From NCBI GenBank assembly GCA_963732385.1, contig CAVSZB010000007.1, forward strand, positions 1,025,685-1,089,684: 64,000 bases of DNA. The letters are read 5' to 3'. Position numbers and translations under genes: made by a program. Source of the stretch: an uncultured bacterium (GTDB lineage Bacteria > Krumholzibacteriota > Krumholzibacteriia > LZORAL124-64-63). The first letter of the stretch is position 1, and every line of letters starts with the position of its first letter. Below are positions 57,671-64,000 of the stretch, piece by piece. The notes below the pieces were generated by a model. The model saw nothing but the letters and a program-made list of their open reading frames with translations, did not search any database and was not told where the DNA came from.

Positions 57671-57886
57671 ACCTCCGTCCGAATCCGGTACCCCGCCCGC
57701 ACCGCGGCGCGCGGGCGGTCCGGCTCAATCTACAGGCGGCGCCCCGGCGACACAACCGGCGGCGCAAGCCGCGCGCCAGTCGCGCGCCGGACCCGGCTCA
57801 TCGGAATTGAATGTTGCGCCCCCGGCGCGCCGGCGTCATTCTTGTATGTTCAGCCGCGCAAGCCGCGCGGCCCCGGAGGGGACTGC

Positions 57887-59245
57887 GTGTACAAGAAGCT
57901 GTATCGCGACATCGAGAAACTGCTCCGCCAGATCGACAATTCCACCGGCACCGAGGACATGCTGCGCATGACGGTGCGCGGCATCGTCGAGACCTGCGCC
58001 CAGGTCTACGGGATCGAAAGCGGCCGCCTCTACCGGGAACAACCGCACGAGTACCTGCTGATCGAGAGCATCGGCGGGCACGGTTCGCGCATCGTCGGCA
58101 AAACCGTGAGCAAGGACTACCCGGTCGTGCAGACCCTCGAGCGGGAGTTCGTCGTCATGATCTCGCGCGACTATCCCGGCTTCGATCCGGAGCTTGAGGC
58201 GCAGTTCTCCACGCATGACTACGCAGCGATCCTGGTCGATTCCACGCCCGCCTACATCCTCAGCTTCGGCGTGCGGCGCACCGAACTGGACGAGGCGGAG
58301 GAGAACCTCCACCTCATCCTGGAGACGATCCGCACCGCGGTCGGGCTGAAGCTGCGGCAGAGCGTGCTCGAGAACCAGCTGCGCCAGGCGCAGACGATCC
58401 AGCTCTCTTTGCTGCCGCGCGAACTGCCGAAGCTGGCCGGCTTCGAACTGGCCGCGGCCACCTTCCCCGCCGAGGAGGTCGGCGGCGACATCTACGACGC
58501 ACAAACCATGGAGACCGGCACGATCACGGTCGCCGTGGCCGACGCCAGCGGCCACGGCCTGCCGGCGGCCCTGCAGGCGCGCGACGTGATCACCGGCCTG
58601 CGGATGGGCGTGGCGCGCGACTTCAAGATCACCGCCACAATCCGCCGTTTGAACAAGGTCATCAACGCCAGCGGCCTGTCGAGCCGCTTCGTGTCGCTCT
58701 TCTACGCGGAGATCGAGGAGACCGGCAACGTCATCTACGTCAACTGCGGCCACTGCCCGCCGCTGATCGTCAACCCCGAGGGCGCCGTCTTCGAGTTGCC
58801 GAGCAACGGCCCGGTGCTCGGCCCGCTGCCCGACATGGCTTACCGCCGCAGCTTCGCCCAGCTACGCCCCGGCGAGGTGCTGCTCATCTACTCCGACGGC
58901 CTCACCGAACGCAAACGACGCCTGCCGCCCGGAACATCGGAGCCCGCCCCCGGCGGGCTAGAACCGGAACCGGCGTCCGATGCCGATCACGAGGAGTTCG
59001 GCACCGAGCGCCTGATCCGGATCGCAAGCGAGCACGCCCATCGCTCCGCGCGGGACCTGCTCGCCGCGATCCTGACCGAAGTGCGCGATTTCGGCGCTGG
59101 CGAACCGTGGGAGGACGACGCCACCCTGTTCGTCGTCCGCCGCCTGCCGGCCCACGAGTTCAAACCGAAGCGCACGCTCGGCACGGTGCTCAACTTCGAT
59201 CAGGCGCGCATCGGCGCCGCGAAGAAGCCGGCGGACGGGAAGTAG
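57887..59245 (+). CDS. GAF-domain PP2C-type serine phosphatase (SpoIIE/RsbU family)
   Basis: I place the start at GTG after GGAGGGG. The N-terminal GAF reads YKKLYRDIEKLLRQIDNSTGTEDMLRMTV.... The PP2C metal-binding blocks are GGDIYD, VADASGHG and YSDGLTE. A TTG at about 57842 is an alternative start. Confidence 0.75.
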   Translation: MYKKLYRDIEKLLRQIDNSTGTEDMLRMTVRGIVETCAQVYGIESGRLYREQPHEYLLIESIGGHGSRIVGKTVSKDYPVVQTLEREFVVMISRDYPGFDPELEAQFSTHDYAAILVDSTPAYILSFGVRRTELDEAEENLHLILETIRTAVGLKLRQSVLENQLRQAQTIQLSLLPRELPKLAGFELAAATFPAEEVGGDIYDAQTMETGTITVAVADASGHGLPAALQARDVITGLRMGVARDFKITATIRRLNKVINASGLSSRFVSLFYAEIEETGNVIYVNCGHCPPLIVNPEGAVFELPSNGPVLGPLPDMAYRRSFAQLRPGEVLLIYSDGLTERKRRLPPGTSEPAPGGLEPEPASDADHEEFGTERLIRIASEHAHRSARDLLAAILTEVRDFGAGEPWEDDATLFVVRRLPAHEFKPKRTLGTVLNFDQARIGAAKKPADGK

Positions 59246-59269
59246 GGCGAGCGGACGGCCACCGGCGCG

Positions 59270-60802
59270 TCAGTACCGGTCCAGCCGGTACAACGACACC
59301 GTCCACCGCTGCGGCTCGGTCACCCCGAGCCCCGGCACCATGCAGTCGCGCAACCGTGTGAAGGTGACGCCGCGCACGACCCGCCCGTCCCAGCGGGGGG
59401 GGCCGTCGGTGCGGTCGACGAGATAGTCCGGCGTGACGACGTCGAGCCAGGCACCGCTCTCCACCATCGCCGGAAATCCCCGGGCCCGGCCGAGGTCCAG
59501 CAGTTCGGGACTGACGAGCCCCGCGAGATCGACGATCCGCCGCTCGCTCGACCAGCCAAGCGCCCCGATGTCGAGGCAGGCCACCTTGGCATCCGTCGGC
59601 GTGTGCGTTCCCAGCCACTCCCCCAGCGGCACGAGGCACTCGCGCAGCCCACGGCCGAGGTCCTGGGCGTGCGGCCGCACCCGCGCCACGAGCAGCCAGC
59701 CGTTCAGCCCGACGGTCGCCAGGCAGGCGCCGACCAGAAGCGCCGACCGCCACCGCGCCAGCCGCCCCCCCGGACGCACGCCGGGACCTGGCCGGAGCGG
59801 CGCGGCGAACAGCGCGACCGCCAGCAGGATCGCCGGCGAAAGCGGGCTCAGGTAACGCGAGATCACCCACACCTGTTTGACGGCGTAGCCGCCGCACAGG
59901 ACGGCGACCCAGGTGATCGCGATGGCCGGCACGATGAATCGCGGCGCCGGCGAGACACCGGGGTCGCCCCCGCGCGGAGCCAGCCATCTACCCAGCACGA
60001 TCAGCGCGAGCAGCCCCGCCCAGAGCGGCGCCTGGGTCGCGCCCAGTTGCACCGCGGAACGCAGCAACGACGCGCCGACGACGCCGGGCACCAGGGTCAG
60101 AGCGTAACTCTTCGCCGTGGCCGTCTCGGGCGTGAACCGGCCGAACGCCTCACGGGCGTAGAACAGCCACGGCCCAAGCACCAGCGCCGCCCCCAGCGCC
60201 GCCGGCAGACCGGCACGCTTCCAGAGCGGCCGCTCCCCGCGCCACGCCAGCCACGGCCAGGCCAGCGGGCCAAGCAGCAGGAACTCCGGCCGGGTCAGCC
60301 CGGCCAGTCCCGCCGCGAGTCCCCAGCCGAGCCAGAGCCGCGGCGGCGTCGGCCGCGCCACCGCCGGCCAGAGCAGCATCAAAAGCAGCGCCGTCGCCAG
60401 CGGGGTCTCCATGCCGGACCAGGTCCAGCGGAGGAACCAGGCGTCGGCGGCAAACAGCAGCAGCAGCGGCAGGCGCCACGCCGCCGGCAGCGGCAGCCGG
60501 GTCAGGATGGCGTCGAACACGAGCAGCGCCAGCAGCGCCGCCGCCACCCCCAGCACCCACGGCGCCACGAGCGCCGGCAGACCGAACCGCAGCAACAGCC
60601 CCAGCCCGCAAACCCAGAGCGGGCTCGTGCAGCCGTAGGTCGGATCGCCGGGGTTGAAGGACAGTTCGCCGCGCTCGACCAGGTGCCGCGCGTACCGCAG
60701 ATGGATGTAGGTGTCGTCGGTGATGTAGCCGCGCAGCAGCAGACCGCCGCCCGCCAGGACGGCGACGGCCAGGGCGAGACGAATCAGTCGGGCGCGGTCC
60801 AT
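59270..60802 (-). CDS. polytopic membrane protein, GT-C-like glycosyltransferase fold (about 12 TM)
   Basis: It starts MDRARLIRLALAVAVLAGGGLLL. It is rich in W/L/A helices and has an early cytoplasmic-face DDTYIHLRY motif resembling GT-C acidic motifs. The family assignment is tentative. Confidence 0.5.
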   Translation of the reverse strand: MDRARLIRLALAVAVLAGGGLLLRGYITDDTYIHLRYARHLVERGELSFNPGDPTYGCTSPLWVCGLGLLLRFGLPALVAPWVLGVAAALLALLVFDAILTRLPLPAAWRLPLLLLFAADAWFLRWTWSGMETPLATALLLMLLWPAVARPTPPRLWLGWGLAAGLAGLTRPEFLLLGPLAWPWLAWRGERPLWKRAGLPAALGAALVLGPWLFYAREAFGRFTPETATAKSYALTLVPGVVGASLLRSAVQLGATQAPLWAGLLALIVLGRWLAPRGGDPGVSPAPRFIVPAIAITWVAVLCGGYAVKQVWVISRYLSPLSPAILLAVALFAAPLRPGPGVRPGGRLARWRSALLVGACLATVGLNGWLLVARVRPHAQDLGRGLRECLVPLGEWLGTHTPTDAKVACLDIGALGWSSERRIVDLAGLVSPELLDLGRARGFPAMVESGAWLDVVTPDYLVDRTDGPPRWDGRVVRGVTFTRLRDCMVPGLGVTEPQRWTVSLYRLDRY

Positions 60803-60904
60803 GCTCACGGCTTCCCCCGGCTGGAGACCGGGCCGAGGATACAGCCACGGCCGTTCGCCGTCACGGGCGCAGGCCCGGGTGGACATGCGTCGGGGCACGC
60901 GCCC

Positions 60905-62071
60905 CTACCGCAGGAACATCGGCACGCCCTGCACTCCCCGCACGCGGGGACGGTACTCCTTCTTGTCGTAGAACTTGTCCACCTCGACCCGCTTGACCCC
61001 CTCGACGACGGCGTTGAGGCCGACCGTAGTGTACTTGCCCTCCTGCAGCGCAACCATCACGCCGGAGGCGCCGTGCAGGAGCATGTCCATGGCGAGGTTC
61101 GCGAAGTTCATCGCGACCATGCGGTCGAGCGCGTCGGGCGCGCCGCAGCGCATCAGGTAGCCGAGCGCCTGGTAGGTGACATCCTCCCCGGTCAGCTTCT
61201 TGAGCACCTCGGCCGTGTGCAGGCCGACGCCGCCGAGCTTCTTGTGGCCGTAGGCGTCCTCCTCGCCGCGCTCGACGATATCGCCTCCCTCGATCGTCGC
61301 CCCTTCGCTGATCGTGCAGATGGCGTAGTTGCTCGGGTTGTCGCGCTTGTCGCGCACGAGCATTTCGGCCAGCGTTTCGACGTTGAACGGCACCTCGGAG
61401 ATCAGCGCGCGGTCCACGCCCGCGAGATAGCTGGCGATGAGCGCGGTCTCGCCGCTGTTGCGTCCGAAAAGCTCCACCAGGCCGAGGCGCTCGTGGCTGC
61501 CGACCGGCGTGCGCAGCTGCGTGATGTACTCGACACTGCGGCTGACGGCGGTGCCAAAGCCGATGCAGTAATCGGTGCCGAAGACGTCGTTGTCCATCGT
61601 CTTGGGGATGGCGATCTGCGGAAAACGTTCCTGGTTCAGACGCGCCGCGTAGCTGAGGGTGTCGTCGCCGCCGATCGGGATCAGCGCGTCCACCCCCGCA
61701 TCCTCGAGATTTTTCAGGATCTGCGGCGTGATGTCGGCCGGGTACTTCCGCTCGGGCGAGCGCAGATGCTCCGGCATGTCATTTTCCCGCACCTTCTGCG
61801 GATTCGTGCGTGAGGTGTGCAGGACGGTGCCGCCGGTACGGTCGATCGTACGCACGTCGTTGGGCGTGAGGGTCCGCACACAATGCTTGTTCCACTCCGC
61901 GTCGCCGACGCGGTACGCGGCCAGGCCGCCCCAGCCGCGCAGGAACCCGACCGCCTCCCAGCCGGCTTCGTACGCGCGCAGCACGACCTGCTTCATGCAC
62001 GGATTCAGGCCGGGGACATCGCCCCCGCCGGTCAGGACGCCGATCCTCTTCTTCCTCGCCATGTGATCCAC
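60905..62071 (-). CDS. pfp: 6-phosphofructokinase, pyrophosphate-dependent type
   Basis: It belongs to the PfkA family ([18 protein letters not shown]-like region). It has GGDDT in place of the GGDGS of ATP-PFKs and PKTMDND in place of PGTIDND. My recollection is that D and K at these positions mark PPi-PFKs. Confidence 0.8.
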   Translation of the reverse strand: MDHMARKKRIGVLTGGGDVPGLNPCMKQVVLRAYEAGWEAVGFLRGWGGLAAYRVGDAEWNKHCVRTLTPNDVRTIDRTGGTVLHTSRTNPQKVRENDMPEHLRSPERKYPADITPQILKNLEDAGVDALIPIGGDDTLSYAARLNQERFPQIAIPKTMDNDVFGTDYCIGFGTAVSRSVEYITQLRTPVGSHERLGLVELFGRNSGETALIASYLAGVDRALISEVPFNVETLAEMLVRDKRDNPSNYAICTISEGATIEGGDIVERGEEDAYGHKKLGGVGLHTAEVLKKLTGEDVTYQALGYLMRCGAPDALDRMVAMNFANLAMDMLLHGASGVMVALQEGKYTTVGLNAVVEGVKRVEVDKFYDKKEYRPRVRGVQGVPMFLR

Positions 62072-62167
62072 TCCCTGGCAGGGCGGCCGCGGGGCCGCAA
62101 AACCGTGTTCAAGCGGGCCGGCCGAATCTACGGTGCGGAACGGGGCCGGGCAAGGCCGGCCCCCGCG

Positions 62168-63211
62168 CTACGCCGACATCCATTTCGCCACGCGCGCGCC
62201 GTCGGGTCCCCCGGCCAGGAAGGTGCCGCGGCGCGACATCTCGACCAGACGACGCACATCGCTCTCGCTGAAGTCGAAAGCCTCCATGGCCAGTTCGTAC
62301 TCGCGGGAGATGGTCGTGGCCGACACGGTCGGGTTGTCGGTGCAGAGGGCGACCTTCATCCCGGCGTCGAGGAAACGAGGCAGCGGGTGGTCCCGCAGGC
62401 CGGCGACCGCGCCGGTCTGCACGTTCGAGGAGAGGCAGACCTCCACGTACACGCCGTCCCGGGCGAGACGCTTCATCAGGGCCGGATCGCGACCGGCGCT
62501 GGTGCCGTGCCCGATCCGCCGCGGTCCGAGGTTGTCGAGTGCCTCCCAGATGCGCTCCGGGCCCTCGCTCTCTCCGGCATGCACTGTGCACTTGAGCCCC
62601 ATCCTGTGCGCAAGCGTGTACGCCTCGCGGAACAGGACGGGCGGGAAGGGGGCCTCCGGACCGGCAATATCGAAGCCGCACACGCCGACCCCGGCGTGGT
62701 ACTCCTCCTTCTCGCCGATCACTTCGCGCAGGAGGATGCGCGCCATGTTGCCACCGTGGCTGCGCATGGCGATCACGATGATGCCGGCGCGAAACTCCGG
62801 GTGCTCGCCGCCGAACTTCGACAATCCCTTGCGCGTGGCATGAATGACCTGCCGCGTGGTCAGCCCGGCGCGCCGGTGGATGAGCGGGTTGATGCGCAGT
62901 TCGAGCAGCTTCACGCCGTCGGCCCAGGCATCCGCCGCGATCTCGTAGGCGATGCGCTTGATGTTGTCGTAGAACTGCGTGTACTGCAGCGGGACATGAA
63001 ACTTGTCGAGGTAGTCGAGCAGCGAGCGGTCCTGCTTGTCGTCCCATTCGAGATAGCGGCGGAACTGCTCGAAATGAAGGCCCGGAACCGCCGAATAGTA
63101 CATTTCCGACAGTTCCCAGAGCGTGGCGGGGCGGATCGAGCCGTCGAAGTGGCGGTGCAGGTCGGACAGCGGCAGGGTCTGCAGGAAGTCGCGGCGGTCT
63201 GCGGGGGTCAA
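62168..63211 (-). CDS. add: adenosine/adenine deaminase family protein
   Basis: It has SDLHRHFDGSIRP (HxHxDG), TVHAGE and ALCTDNP metal and active-site motifs. I place the start at TTG about 63209-63211, directly after AAAGGAGGA. The Arg-rich track N-terminus (to 63364) is not credible. Confidence 0.8.
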   Translation of the reverse strand: MTPADRRDFLQTLPLSDLHRHFDGSIRPATLWELSEMYYSAVPGLHFEQFRRYLEWDDKQDRSLLDYLDKFHVPLQYTQFYDNIKRIAYEIAADAWADGVKLLELRINPLIHRRAGLTTRQVIHATRKGLSKFGGEHPEFRAGIIVIAMRSHGGNMARILLREVIGEKEEYHAGVGVCGFDIAGPEAPFPPVLFREAYTLAHRMGLKCTVHAGESEGPERIWEALDNLGPRRIGHGTSAGRDPALMKRLARDGVYVEVCLSSNVQTGAVAGLRDHPLPRFLDAGMKVALCTDNPTVSATTISREYELAMEAFDFSESDVRRLVEMSRRGTFLAGGPDGARVAKWMSA

Positions 63212-63381
63212 AGGGATCCTCCTTTTGCGGGGAATATGATAGCCCTTCAGCGCCCGGCTGTCGACCGGGCGGCCCTGGCGAGGCTTCACCCCTCGACGCC
63301 GCGCGTCCGTGCCCTTACCCTGTGGCCTCGATTGCGACCGGTTTCGCGACCGCACGCGGACCACCAGGCAGGAGGAACGGG

Positions 63382-64000
63382 ATGTTCGACCGTGGTGTGC
63401 TGGATATCGACCTCGAGCGGGAAGCGGATCACATCGCCGAGCGGCTGCGGCATCTGGTTGGGCACGGGCTCAAACGCCGGGGCCTCGTGGTCGCCGTGAG
63501 CGGCGGCATCGACAGCAGCGTGTCGTGCGCGCTGGCTGTGCGCGCGTTCGGCGCGGCGAAAGTGTTCGCGTTGCAACTGCCAGAGCGCGACTCCTGCGCC
63601 GAGACCGGCCGGCGCGGCCGGCTGCTGATCGGGCACCTGGGCGTGCAGAGCGCCGTCGAGGACATCGCCCCCACGCTCGAGGCGATCGGCTGCTATCGCC
63701 GCCGGGACGCGGCGTTCCAATCGGTCTTCCCGGGGTACGGACCAGGCTGGAAGAGCAAGATCGTGCTGCCCGCCGACCTGCTCGATTCCGACCGCATGAA
63801 TGTCTATCGGCTGGTTGTGCAGGACCCGCTGGGCGGGACCCAAGAAGCCCGGCTGCCGCTGCAGGCCTATCTGGAAATTGTCGCGGCGACGAATTTCAAA
63901 CAGCGGATTCGCAAGACCTTCGAGTACTACTACGCTGACAAGCTCAACTATGCGGTGATCGGCACTCCCAACCGGCTCGAGTACGATCAGGGCTTCTTCG
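63382..64000 (+). CDS. nadE: NH3-dependent NAD+ synthetase, N-terminal ~206 aa (3' end beyond the window)
   Basis: ATG follows AGGAGGAA. It has the PP-loop VVAVSGGIDSSV (SGGxDS). The frame is open to the window end. It is absent from the ORF track because it has no stop in the window. Confidence 0.8.
   Translation, partial: MFDRGVLDIDLEREADHIAERLRHLVGHGLKRRGLVVAVSGGIDSSVSCALAVRAFGAAKVFALQLPERDSCAETGRRGRLLIGHLGVQSAVEDIAPTLEAIGCYRRRDAAFQSVFPGYGPGWKSKIVLPADLLDSDRMNVYRLVVQDPLGGTQEARLPLQAYLEIVAATNFKQRIRKTFEYYYADKLNYAVIGTPNRLEYDQGFF

Noticed and set aside
59273-59291. There is a perfect palindrome GTACCGG-tccag-CCGGTAC 28 nt after the phosphatase stop, a possible terminator.
   Set aside because: It lies inside the coding sequence of the convergent membrane-protein gene, where it encodes the C-terminal YRLDRY. 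It has no U tract. At best it is a weak read-through barrier.

Overview
This is a 64-kb, very GC-rich (about 70% GC), densely packed bacterial chromosomal segment. Spacers are short, many neighbouring genes overlap by 1 or 4 nt, and GTG/TTG starts are common. About 45 of roughly 50 genes lie on the minus strand. I saw no rRNA, tRNA, CRISPR array, integrase, transposase or other mobile-element signature.

The content is core housekeeping mixed with a large amount of signal transduction. Housekeeping genes are aroB, priA, tsaD, nnr, secDF, rsmA/ksgA, tatD, holB, ftsEX-envC, two SurA-like PPIases, mfd, nifU-nifS, a PPi-type phosphofructokinase, add and nadE.

The most unusual locus is a five-gene c-di-GMP/two-component operon on the minus strand (nt 3123-11038). 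It runs REC-GGDEF -> [membrane histidine kinase with GAF and a C-terminal HD-GYP domain] -> stand-alone receiver -> a second paralogous HK-GAF-HD-GYP fusion -> a second stand-alone receiver. The diguanylate cyclase and both HD-GYP domains carry non-canonical active-site motifs.

The second theme is a MoxR/DUF58/vWA (Bat- or aerotolerance-like) envelope system split across two loci. One is at 15.6-28.3 kb: a secreted GATase-like protein, a TPR protein, a membrane/coiled-coil protein that looks frameshifted at a C5 homopolymer, a DUF4159-like protein and a 1632-aa orphan polytopic histidine kinase. The other is at 53.6-57.7 kb: a BatA-like vWA protein, DUF58 and MoxR, divergent from a GAF-PP2C phosphatase gene.

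The family makes me think of a Gemmatimonadota-like organism, but nothing in the sequence tests that. I read coordinates by hand, using the ORF track as the frame reference, so boundaries may be off by 1-2 nt. Many track ORFs are inflated at their 5' ends, and long antisense ORFs are pervasive artefacts of the GC content.
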